A DNA stretch of 64,000 nt from Lophium mytilinum (taxonomy: Eukaryota). Positions 52,201-64,000 of this stretch are shown here, one piece after another. A program made the position numbers and the translations under genes. The first letter of the stretch is position 1. The number at the start of each line of letters is the position of its first letter. Location of the stretch: positions 62,001 to 126,000 of the forward strand of contig MU004189.1 in the NCBI GenBank assembly GCA_010093605.1. Direction: 5' to 3'. The notes below the pieces were generated by a model. The model saw only the letters and a list, made by a program, of their open reading frames with translations. It was not told the origin of the DNA and did not search any database.

Positions 52201-53192
52201 TCTGCCACTTTTTTCATGCCAGGCCATGCTGGAATTGCAGGTCTGGAGCCCTCGAGTCCTGGGATGTCGGCTGGGTAAGTTCATCGTCCAGGCCTACTTC
52301 AGGCTTCGATGATGCTGAGATTAGATTATGTATAGGGGCTCAGTCGACGGGAGTACTCCGCGAGCCTGAGGGAGCCATCCGACTTGGTTTGACAATTCCC
52401 GATGATATGGCAATGGCTGAGTTGATAGGCGGCAACAAGGCATATGGTAGAAAGGCGGTGTCGAGGCTAGGCTACTACCTAGGTACATAGCATGAATGCC
52501 ATGGTACAACTATGTAAATCCGGCATGAAGTGGCGCCGTTATTGAGCGTATTGGGCGTCTTGTTCTACGAGCCCAAGATAGGGTGTCCTCGTCTTGGGCG
52601 CATTAGGGCAGACGATTGGCGATGGGCCCCTTGAGGGCATCCCGCCTGGCAGCAAACGGTGCCGAGCAGGCCCATGGGTGCGAGTCCTGGAGGGCTTTGG
52701 TGGTGAGTTGCGGACAGGGTCGCTTGCTGCCATCCCTGATCGCACAGAAGCGATGCCGCCGATGGTTGCAGCTGTTGCAGCCAGTGTGATGCTCTACAGT
52801 CGCCGTCGTCCCGCCGCCTCCGCTGTTGTAGCCACATAGCCGCGGGGACAGAGGGCGAGGTATCTGGGATTCTGGAACGTCGCCAATTGTCTTCGCCCAT
52901 CTCGCTTTGTCGATTGGCGACGGCCTTCCGCTCGCGTCGCAGGCTACCATGATCGGTTGCGAGCCGAGAGCGGAGTCGTGGATGAATGGAAGGCCACAGT
53001 GCGACGACACCAGCGAGGCGAGCCGCAAAAGAAGCAACCCAGCAGCCTAAGACATCGCTAACGGACTCGCCGTGTTGGCCTACTGTCGCGAGTCGACGAC
53101 GTAGAGACATCTACACAAACACCATGGCTCGCCCTGCCTCAAGCCGCCGTGACATCCTCTTGCACTCACCCTGATCCGATGACGACGAGGCC

Positions 53193-56100
53193 ATGGACCT
53201 TGAGAAAACGACCGATGAGCCTGCAGCAATGGTCGAACGAGTCCCTCCAGCGCGCCCCGCTCTCCACGACACCCAGTCGACAGCTTCGTTGCACCCACCC
53301 ATTGGGCACACACACAGCAACGCGTCCGCCCACGATAATCAAATCTCTCTCCGCGCTGTCGCCCCCGTCCACGTACGCATCAGAAATTTATCTGTCACCC
53401 TCGACGACTCCAACGCCGGGCCCGCCGCGCTGGTCCCAACCTTCGTGAGGAAGCAAAAGAGCGGAGACCCGCCCGGCAAGGCCCCCTGCCATGTGAAGGC
53501 CATATTGGACCTCGTCTCGGCGGATATGCCGAGCGGGTCCCTGACTGCCATCATCGGCGGCAGCGGGAGCGGGAAGACATCGATGTTGAATGTTATGTCC
53601 CGGCGCATGCATGGATCTCGGTTGTCTGTCACAGGCACCACCTCGTTCAACGGACACCGCGATTTCACGAGCGTGCGGAGTGCCTATGTCATGCAGCAGG
53701 ATGTGCTGATTCCCTCCCTCACCGTGCGGGAGACGCTGCAGTACTCCGCTGATCTGCGCCTCCCGTCGTCTGTGAGCAGGGAGGAGAAGCGGCAGGTGGT
53801 AGAGGAGGTCATTCTGGAGCTGGGGCTGAAGGAAGCTGCCGATACGAGGATTGGAAACCATGCCCACAAAGGCTGCAGCGGCGGGGAGAAGCGGAGGACA
53901 AGCATTGGTGTTCAGGTGTGTCGGACAAGGCATATGCTTCTCCGTGTAGAGCTGACGGAACCTTGTAGTTACTTTCGAATCCATCAGTACTGTTCTTGGA
54001 CGAGCCTACTACGGGTTTGGATGCTACGAGTGCTTTTCAATTGGTGAGGACGCTGAAGAATCTTGCTAGAAAAGGACGTACCATGATATTGACCAGTAAG
54101 TGCGCATTTCTAATGTTGGAGAACACGCACTAACGCTTTTAGTCCATCAACCTCGCTCAGAGATATGGAGTTTGTTTGACAATCTTGTACTGCTTACGAA
54201 AGGAGCCCCAGCTTTCTCTGGCCCTGCTGATGAATGTCTCCCCTACTTTTCTACCCTGGGATATGAGCTCCCGCCTTTCGTAAATCCGGCAGAGCATCTG
54301 ATAGATATCGTGGCCGTCGACTCTCGAACCCCAGAACTAGAGACGGCTTCTTCCGAACGAGTAGAACACATCAAAGCAGCATGGAAGGAACACATGATCC
54401 GCAATCCACTCGCAGACTCGACCGAAGAGGCCTCAGCTACCAGCCCAGCCAGCAGCTCAAAGAAATTCGAAGCATATCCTTCCGCAGTCCTGCGTCAGAC
54501 GCGAGTATTAACCGCCCGAACATGGATCGTCACAATTCGAGACCCGATGGGCATGTTTGGCAGTCTGGTCGAGGCCATTTCGATGGCAGTCATCTCAGGT
54601 GTCATCTTCTACCAGCTCGACGGCAGCTTAGCGGGTATAAGATCTCGCCAGGGCGCTCTATATAATGCTTCATCTCTCCAAGGCTATCTAATACTGCTGT
54701 ATGAAACATACCGACTCACTGTAGATATCGAAGTCTTCGATCGAGAGAGGGGTGAAGGTGTAGTAGGAGTACCCGCTTTCTTAATTAGCAGGAGGCTGGC
54801 TCGTCTTTTCACGGAAGATATCCCGGTGCCTCTGATCTTCTCCATCATATTCTATTTCATGACTGGTTTCCGAACGGAGGGGGCCCAGTTCATGACTTTC
54901 TTTGCCGTCATGTTGCTTGAACAATACATTGCTGTCTGTTTTGCCACCGTTTGCATTGCTATCTCTCGGCACTTTGCTGGAGCGTCGTTGGTCGCAAATC
55001 TTGCATATACCCTCCAATCGATGGCTTGCGGCTATTTCATTCAGTCCAATACGATACCTATTTACGTACGATGGACAAAGTGGATTGCTTATGTTGTAAG
55101 TAAAGCCTCTTTTCTATGCAAATCTATGCTTATGAAATATAGTTCTATGCATTTGGAGCCCTCGCAGCCAATGAGTTCGTCGATTATTTCTACGACTGTC
55201 CCGAGTCCGGAGGGCCTTCGAATCCTGCTTGTAAACAGTATACGGGGAACTATATCATGAACTCTCTAGGAATGCCATCCAATTGGGTATGGCGTCCAAT
55301 AATTGCTTTGCTTGGATTCGCAGTATTCTTTTATCTTCTAGCTGCTGTCCTTCTCCGCTTTCTAAAAACCGAGATGAGAATCTCACGCGCACGCCCAACC
55401 GATTCCGACGAGTCTGCTGGGAAAGAAAAGATGACAGCAAGGTCGGGCGATGAGGTCAGAACTGTCACCATTCGACTCGATGGGTACGCGCTTGATATCG
55501 AGAAGAGGTCCTGGTACGGGAAGAAGATCAAAGATATGGCAATTCTGAAACCGGTCACGGCAGAGTTTCAGCCCGGTGTTCTCAATGTTATCATGGGCCC
55601 GTCCGGAAGCGGCAAGACCTCACTGCTCAATTCGATGGCTAAGAGGCTGAAGGACGATTTCACGACCAAGTATCGATCGTTTGGCCATCTAGTTTTCAAC
55701 GGGGCTATACCTTCGGAACAAGTGGTGCAGTCGATTTGCTCCTTCGTTACGCAGGACGACGACGCTCTGCTATCGTCTTTGACTGTTCGGGAGACTTTGA
55801 GGTAAGACAATCAAACTGAAAACCAACATTTTGCTGAACGATAGGAATAGGTTCGCCGCAGGACTTCGACTGCCGAAATGGATGTCGAAGGAGGAGAAGA
55901 ACGGAAGAGCTGAAGCGGTCCTCCTGAAAATGGGCCTGAAAGACTGTGCCGACAATCTGATCGGAAGTGAACTTATCAAGGGGATCAGTGGTGGTGAGAA
56001 AAGAAGGGTAGGATCGTTCTCTTTTCAAACGGTTTTATTAATTGCTGAATCCCTCTAGGTAACCATTGCGGTCCAAATCCTAACCGACCCTCGAGTCCTT

Positions 56101-57432
56101 CTCCTCGACGAGCCCACCTCCGGCCTTGACGCCTTCACGGCCTCATCCATCATCGACGTCCTCCGCGGTCTCGCAGACGAAGGTCGCACCGTAATCCTGA
56201 CCATCCACCAATCCCGCTCGGATCTTTTCTCTCACTTCGGCAATGTCCTCCTCCTCGCGCGCGGCGGCTCCCCCGTCTACGCCGGCCCCGGCTCCTCCAT
56301 GCTCTCCCACTTCGCCGCTCAGGGCTTCTCCTGCCCGCGCACAACTAACCCTGCTGACTTCGCTCTCGACCTTATCACCGTCGATTTACAGCACTCCTCC
56401 CGCGAAGCCGCTTCCCGCGCCAAGGTCCGCAACCTCATCGAGTCGTGGAGTTCTGAGAAGTTCCCCCGCGCCCCGACCACCTCCATCTCCACCCCCGCTG
56501 AGCTGGGTAGCCTGGCACGTAGCATGGCTGCCATCGGCGTCTCCGTCCCCCTTCTGCTCCACCGCGCCGCCCTCAACTTCTCCCGCCAGCCCGACCTCAT
56601 CCTTGCGCGCATCATGCAAGTCGTCGGCCTCGGCCTCGTCGTCGCGCTCTTTTTCGCGCCCCTTAAAAACAACCTTTTCGCCGTGCAAAACCGGCTCGGC
56701 TTCGTGCAAGAAATCGCGCCCATCTATTTCGTAGGTATGCTACAGAACGTAGCCGTCTACCCGCGGGAGAAAGACGTCTTCTACCGCGAGTTCGAGGACC
56801 GCGCGTACAGCGTCGAGGCGTTCTTCCTGCAGTACACAATCGTCGAGGTGCCGTTCGAAATCGTCTCGAGCCTGATCTTCGCAGTGTTGGCGGACTTGGC
56901 TTGCGGCCTGCCGCGGACGGCGGAGGTGTTTTTCGTCGTTGCGTATAATTGTTTTTGCATTGTGAGCTGCGGGGAGAGTTTGGGGATCCTGTTCAATACG
57001 CTGTTCGCGCATACGGGCTTCGCCGTCAATGTTACTTCTGTCTTCCTGTCGGTCGCGCAGATCATGAGCGGGATTATGTCGCTCAACATCCCGGAGTTCC
57101 TGCAGGCATTCAACTACCTCTCGCCCGTGAAGTATTTGGTAGGGAATTTGGTGGGGTACGCGTTTAGGGGCCAGACGTTTACGTGTGAAGATTGGCAGCG
57201 GTTGCCTGGTGGGGAGTGTCCGTTCACGACGGGGGAGCAGGTGTTGAAGGCGTATAAGTTGGAGAGGGATACGGGAATTCAGCTGATGGCGCTTGGGGTG
57301 TGTACGATTGTTTATAGGGTGTTGGCTTACGTGGTGTTGAAGATGGTGAAGGAGAGGTGGGTTGGGAGAGGTTGGGAGTGGATGAGGAGGAAGAAGGGGG
57401 CCGAGTCAACGGAGGAGGCTGCGGGTGAGTAA
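53193..57432 (+). CDS. Full-size ABCG transporter (NBD-TMD-NBD-TMD; YOL075C-like), multi-exon
   Basis: Two Walker A motifs (GGSGSGKTS, GPSGSGKTS), two signatures (CSGGEKRR, ISGGEKRR), Walker B LDEPT, HQPRS/HQSRS, and two transmembrane blocks. Confidence 0.93.
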
Positions 57433-58567
57433 AGCTTATTGGGAGGATGATTTTTTTGGCATATGCATAGCGTTTGGTTGGAAAGAACTCAGCTGTAGGT
57501 TCAATGATTTATGACTCTTAGATCTCTTCCTCCCGGTATAGGTGAGGCATATCAAACGTTTTTCTCCATCACATCATCTTCTCGCGATCATCACCTTCCA
57601 TTTCTGGACAAGCGAAAGTATACAGTTTCCTACTTCTTAGAAGATCAGTCAGGGCACCTCTGACGGCGTCAAGATGTTGTACACAGACGAAGTGTTTGAG
57701 CTGTCGTTCAAACCTGTTTCGATTCATTGAAGTACTGTTTGCTGAGGACGTCTTGCTGCCGCCATTAAGGGCACCTCAATACGCTGTAAAAAAATTGAGA
57801 AGCGTGAAAGTGGACCTTTTTGAACGACCGGCAAACTTGCTGAGCTACCTCAGGCAGTGCTCGAAGTATGTACTCATACTTGCAATAACGCGCTGTGGGG
57901 ATAGATACAGCACTCTACGAAGGCCTTCAAGCAGGCCCCAAAGTTCTGTTCGTCTGCGAATATCCACGCTTCTGATATCAAAGCTGCAAAACTTTACATC
58001 GTTGCGTGCTTGTTTTAGTATGTCAGGACGTGCTTCACAAGATTACCCATGTTCCCAAAAAGGTATTATAATGCCACTCATATGAAATGTCGCGACCCTC
58101 TTAATGTTCTATCCAGACACAAATATCCACGGTCTAATATCAACGCTACAAAACGTTACATTGATATGCTGTAATTTTTAGTATGTTAGGATAGGCTTCA
58201 GAACATCTTTAGGGTGCGGAAAATCACATGTCATAACTCCTGAAAATATGCTGAAGCACCTCAAGCAGCGTCACACCTTCGTACAGGTCATCTGATCGAA
58301 AGCCTCCGCTGTCGCTGTCCACCTCTCTTTCCACCCTACGCCACCGAGCTGAGGGCAGCCAGACGCTGTCATCCCTTCGTCAAAACTGGATCGCGATTGC
58401 TTCAATATACGGCCCCCGAAAACACACGCAGAAGGAGCCTTCAAATCGGAGGCTGTTTACGTCTCTGCTGCCGTTCTGATGGCACCGTCTGAAGCACCTC
58501 AACCTCTCAACATAATTGGCAGATCGTCTATCCAACGCATCGGATACACTACATACCTTCATCCATT

Positions 58568-61500
58568 ATGGTGAACAAAGACCCAAACAGGTTCCGCCGC
58601 CATGCGCCCACAAAGGCGGAACTTGCAGCCCAAAACCGAGACGATGACGAAGACCAAGGCCACAGCGAGGCATCTAAAGAATCTTATGAGAGCTCCGATG
58701 AGGAAAGCTCATCGACGTCGACTACAGATTCGGACCCTGAGGACGTTCAAACTGCACATGCTGTTACCACAGCGAACCACCCCACGCCCATTCAACCTGC
58801 GCTGAATCGAATGTCACAAGCAGGACGTTGGATTCCAGGCCCGGCCCTGGTGCTTGCTGTTTTAATATGGTGGACTTGGTTCAGCATCCTGGCAGGCCTC
58901 ATAAGGCCAGTGTCCGCAATGGATTGTACCGTAGCCTACGTTACGGTCACTGAAATGTCAACTCCTGCGGCATGCTTTGCCCCTACGAGCCACCCCGGGC
59001 CATACTCAACCACGTCGTGGCTAGATGGGGAGCCTCCGTCGACCTACACATCATTTGTAGTTGAAACTTCTGTCATTTGGCTCACCCCAGTCCCTGTGCC
59101 GGAGCCGATTACCACCCTCTACGTCACCCAAACTTCTGTCAAATGTGGATCTACTACCAAGACAGTGACTAGGAGGGCAGCTAGTTCCAGCTATTTGCCA
59201 GGGAGCCTGACTTCCACCCAGACCTCCACGTCTACTTGGGTTTTCTTCTCCATCGGGCCTTTCATTTCCACTGAGAGTTCCTTCTCTACATTGACTCCCA
59301 TCTCCAGTGCAATTTCGATCTCCACCGGGACTTCAATTCCAACTAGGACTTCAAGCGCTGCGGGAATGTCCATCTCCACCGGGACTTCAAGCTCCACCGT
59401 GATTTCGATTCCCACTAGAACTTCAAGCTCGGCTGGGACTTACATCTCCACCGGTATTTCAAGCTCCACCAGGACTCCAAACTCCCCCGGGACTTTGAAC
59501 TCTGTCGGGATTTCCATTTCCACCAAGATTTTAAGCTCTACCGGCATTACAATCCCCACCGGGACGACAATCCTTGCCTGGACTTCAAGCTCTATCGAAA
59601 TTTCTATCTCCACTGGGACGCCAACCCGCGTCTGGACTTCAAGCTCTATCGGGATTATCATCTCCACGGTGGTTCCAAACCCGGCCAGGACTACAAGCTC
59701 CACCAGGACCCCATCCAGCGCGATTTCCCTGTCCAACGGAATTACCATATCTACCGGGACTTCAATCACCACTAGGACTTCGAGCTCTACCGCTATTCCA
59801 AGCTCCACTATTCCAAGCTCCACTAAGACTTCAAGCTTTACCGGCATTGTCATCTCCGCCGGGACGTCAATACCCGCCAAAGCCTCAAGCTCTACCAGGA
59901 CTTCATCCAGCGCAATTCCCATATCCACCGAGACTTCGAGCTCCACCAGGACTCTATCTAGCGTAATTCCTATATCTGCCGGGATTTCGAGCTTCACCAG
60001 GACTCTGCCCAGCGCAATTCTTATATCTACCGAGACTTCGATCACCACCAAGGCTTCAACGGTTTTAAGCTCTACGGCGATTTCAAGCTCCACGGCGATA
60101 TCGAGCTCCGCGGCGATTTCAAGTTCTGCCAGGACTTCATCTAACGGGATTTCCATCTCCAATGGAATTCCCATATCCACCGGGACTTCAATGGCCACCA
60201 GGTCTTCAAGCTCCACCGCGAATTTAAGTCCCACCAGAACGTCAAGTTCTACCAGGACTTCATCTAGCGGGATATCCATCTCCAATGGAATTTCCATGTC
60301 CACCTGGGTGTCAATTACCACCAGGTCTTCAGGCTCGACCGCATTTTCAAGCTCTACTAGGATTTCAGGCTCTACCGGGACTTCAAGCTCTTCCAGAACT
60401 TTAAGCTCTAGTCCTATTGGGACTTCAAGCCGGATCAAGACTTCGAGTTCTACCGGACTTTCCAACCTGACCAGGACTTCAGTCTCCACTAGGGCTCCGT
60501 TCACATCAGGAACGTCGACGCTCTTCAACTCCAGCAGTCGTGTCCCAAGCACGTCCCTAGCTTTCAATACTTCCCCACAAGCAACTTTTCCAAGCAGTGC
60601 CAGACCATCAGGGTGGAATGGAACGCTTACATCAACGATCTGCCCCAGTGGCACTGGTGTGAGTAGTGGAATGTGTACTTCGGCGGTCACGAAGATCATC
60701 TACAACGATGGAAATCCATACACTTTCACTTTCCCGTCGGTGACACGAGGATCAGAACTCGACGTCTCGTACTGGACAGGAGTATATCCTACTCATCCTG
60801 CCACTACACCGATGTCATGGGTGTTCTTTTCCTCCTCTGGAATACTGAGCACGCCTTCTGCTGTTGTCTCCGTAGGGCTAAGTGAGTTAAAATAAGTTAG
60901 AGACTGCAGCTTTAGCTAATCAAGCAGGCCGTTCTTCGGATCTTGTGACGGTTTACCCAATTCCTACGACTTTAGGACGATCTAGTAGTGGATCTGACAC
61001 GCCTACGCTTGTGGGCTCGACTACGGAGACACCTTTGTCGGTAACAAGCACGGCGATACTTCCAGCAGCTACTAGATGTGGAGAGTATGGGAACTTCACA
61101 ATGACTGTAAGGGCGATTTCACTCTCACAATCTCTCACAATCTCTCACATGCTAATGCGTTCTAGTGGGACGATATACCTGGATTCGTTCCAGTTGAGAA
61201 CAACACGTTCCTCGCGCCCCCAGTAGTCAATGCCTACCATCACCTCTTCTCGGCCAGCGGATACGCCTATGTTCCTCCAGGCTATGAACCCTATCCGCCG
61301 GCATCAGCACCGAACGTGGCCATGTTCTTTCCTGTTACCGGACTTGAGCCAGACCTACCGTTCGTAGACACTGTTCGGCCAGGAGAGATTGGAGCCGGAC
61401 CTCGGGCGTCAGTCAATTCGTATTGGTTCCACGCGTACAGTGCGTTCTTTGGATGCGATAACCCAAGCCCGCTTGACTGCACGATGCGCATCTCCGGCTT

Positions 61501-61759
61501 CCAGTACGATAGCGGTGCGGAGCAAGAAGTTCTCGTAACTCGGCAAAACGCAACGATTCCAGCATGCTTCGGCTTCCGAGATTGCACCCTGACGCAGGTC
61601 AACTTCTCAAACGGTTTTCGCAACCTGTCGGGGATCCAGTTCGAAGCCTTCCTCCTCGACGACATCTTGCCCATGGTGTTTATGGTGGATAGTTTGGCGA
61701 TGGGGTGGTATAACAACAGCTGCTCTTCAGGCATAATCCGAATGGGCTCCCGCAAGTAG
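58568..61759 (+). CDS. Ser/Thr-rich mucin-like membrane/secreted protein with Cys-containing C-terminal domain (3 exons)
   Basis: Acidic N-terminus, hydrophobic segment ALVLAVLIWWTWFSILAGLI and ~400 aa of S/T/I repeats. Introns at ~60878-60927 and ~61087-61166 lead to CGEYGNFTMT|WDD...FFGCDN...C...C...C. Confidence 0.72.
59280..60500 (+). repeat. Degenerate coding tandem repeats (GACTTCAAGCTC-type units encoding TSSS)
   Basis: The motif (g)acttcaagctc(c/t)acc recurs many times, encoding ISISTGTS/TRTSSST units. Confidence 0.75.
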
Positions 61760-62828
61760 AGGCAGATGGTGTGGGTGACGCTCTTGCTAATTGACCGTGT
61801 TAGACTGGGGCCCACCGTAAAGCAAAAAACCCTTAACACGGTCGGAGGTTGTCATTCTTGCAAAATAGGCCTAGGTAGTAGCTTTCGGGATGCATATCGG
61901 CTCTATAGCATAGGAAAGTCAATAAAAATAACAGGTTATGCATGATTCGATGATGTTGGTTGCCACTGTCTGAAGGGCCTCGAATGATTTTCATAGAGCT
62001 AAAGGTGATGGTTTTAATCAGTCGGTAAACTTGCCAGGCCACCTCAGACGGCTGCCAACAGGTGTACACAGAAGGCTGGAAGGTGTGACAACGAGGCTGA
62101 CACGAGTGGGGTCTGACGCTGAAATCCAACCACCGTTCGCGAGCGGGCACTAGGCCGAATGTAGCAATACGATGGTGTTGATACACTTCCGTGTCAGACT
62201 TCAGCACCACACCTGCTTGCTACTTGCCTGTGTCTCAGCTGTGGCGCCCGTCTGAGACGACGACGACTCGATGAGGGGCCATGCCACCCTCCCAGGCCTG
62301 CGGAGGTGCCCGAAGCTGCTTTGAAGCACGCCTTGTGACTGCATCAGAGCAATCAGCTTGGCGCGCCATGTGACGGGCGCTTCGATGCGGCCATGCGGCC
62401 ATGCAGCCATGCGACTGACCTCGAATACCCGTTCCGCTCCGGGGATGGACGCTGCCCGGTGTTTCTTCTGCTTCTTCTTCTGCTCTGCTACGTGAGGCTG
62501 CCTGGGGACTGTCATTCGGTCGCAGCACTTCGTGGCCAACAGCACCGACACAGACAAAAGCCTCCAGCGCCTGACGCCCAATCCCTGTCGATGCCCACCA
62601 AGCCCTGACTTCTCGAATCCCCGCCGAGCCTCACGCATCTTCCCTCCACCGCAACCTCTGCGCCGACTCCCCTCCGCCTTCACCGCTGCCCTCCCTCTCC
62701 GCCCTGGCGACTCCGACTGCTCCGGCATGACTGCTGCGTTCCCGCTGCAGTCCCTACCACCCGCCCCATTCACCGACCTGCCCCGCTCCCCGCCAGATCT
62801 GCACCGCAGTGCTATCTCCTCCGCCACC

Positions 62829-64000
62829 ATGAACTCCTTCAACCTCACCTTTGCTCCAAATACCGCCACCAACGGCCACGAAACCCAACAGCGCCACTCC
62901 CAGGACTTTCGCTCGCCACCCGCCAACAGCGCCATGCCTGTGACACACCGCAACGGAGCTGTGCCCGTCCCGCACAATCGCGTCGGCAACGGGGGCATGG
63001 GGAACATGCGTGGAGGAGACTTTGGACCGCGGAGTCCGCCAAACAACAAGAGTGAGTAGACACGTCTTGTTAGCCCATACCTCTTGGACCACTAACCCAG
63101 ACGCGCCCAGGTACCTCACACGTGCCCTGCAAATTCTACCGCCAGGGAGCCTGCCAGGCGGGCAAAGCCTGTCCGTTCTTGCACTCCAACGAGCCCACCG
63201 AGAGAGCGCCTTGCAAGTACTTCACTAAAGTGAGTAGCTTGCGATGCTGTTAGGAAGAACTCCAAGCTAATCCCATCCAGGGCAACTGCAAATTTGGCGC
63301 CAAATGCGCCCTCGCCCACATCCTCCCTGACGGCCGCGTAGTCAATAAGCAGGGTTTTGGGGGCGGTGGACATCTCAATCTCGGGGGCAGAGTCAATGTG
63401 CAACACCATGCCGAGCCGCCGCCAGGCACCTCGCTTCTCACCATGCAGGCACACATGGCCCCAATGCAGCCAGCAAACTACGCCTACGGTCAGATGCAGG
63501 AAGATCCATGGAGCCAGCCCCGCCAGGCCGCAAACTACGAGATCCCCACCATCGACACTACCTTCTCGTCGCACCCTGGATCCAACTATGGCTCGCCCCC
63601 GAACGACGGCGGCCTGTTACCCATATCCCCAGCGCAGAAGGGCCGGAGCGTTCTGGATGCCCCGCTTCCAGCCTCCTTCGACAGCCAGGGCATCTCGCAC
63701 ATGGCGCGTTTTGGTCCTCTCGCTGCGTCTGTGCCATCTAGATTCGGGCTTGGATCCTCGCCTCCATCCTCATATCCGGAGAAGAGCATCGGCGACTCTC
63801 CCGCACTCCGAAACCTTCACAACTCCGCATTTGGCGACGACTCCCGCAACGGTAGGAACGACCTCTTAGGCTCATCACCGCCAGACTCTACCGACCAGCA
63901 GTATGGCCGACGCATCATGCACTCGGAGCGCTTCTCGTCAAGGTCAAAGAACACCCTGTCGACTAGTCTTGGCGCACGACCACCTCGCACTGGATTTGAG
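62829..64000 (+). CDS. Tandem CCCH zinc-finger protein (Lee1/Cps3-like), 3' truncated by the window edge
   Basis: After splicing it reads HVPCKFYRQGACQAGKACPFLH and CKYFTKGNCKFGAKCALAH. Strong Kozak context GCCACCATG at 62829; an alternative in-frame ATG lies at 62727. Confidence 0.88.

Noticed and set aside
59440..60699. 419-aa minus-strand V/E/L-rich ORF
   Set aside because: Antisense consequence of the Ser/Thr repeat codons on the plus strand.
1..64000. CRISPR arrays, tRNA/rRNA genes and prokaryotic operon-type systems
   Set aside because: The sequence is fungal and spliced. The tandem arrays seen are coding repeats without unique spacers, and no tRNA/rRNA was recognised by eye (tRNAscan-SE/Infernal not run).

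Overview
Eukaryotic, intron-containing DNA from a filamentous ascomycete (Pezizomycotina; probably Dothideomycete-like, which is an inference). Introns are short GT-AG with CTRAC/CTAAT branch points, and there is a RIP-type mutation signature. About 20 protein-coding genes can be reconstructed. The left end (0.4-11.4 kb) holds a compact candidate cluster: a bZIP transcription factor, two different Fe(II)/2-oxoglutarate dioxygenases, a Dal5/Fen2-type MFS transporter, an aldo-keto reductase and a glycosyltransferase-like gene, with repeated Gcn4/AP-1-like sites in its non-coding DNA. Next come a disrupted HET-domain gene, a GPI-type repeat surface protein, a MIT-domain protein, CSN3 and Bub1. 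A 3.2-kb RIP-decayed Mutator (MULE) transposon with ~130-bp TIRs and a perfect 9-bp TSD sits 143 bp upstream of the Bub1 ATG. The right half holds an SDR, an AA9 LPMO, CPSF100/Cft2, a 245-bp MITE, an AT-hook/Zn2Cys6 transcription factor, a full-size ABCG transporter, a Ser/Thr-rich membrane protein and a truncated CCCH zinc-finger gene. No rRNA, tRNA or CRISPR array was recognised. All family calls come from motif recognition by eye, not from database searches. Spliced genes are given as whole-gene spans.
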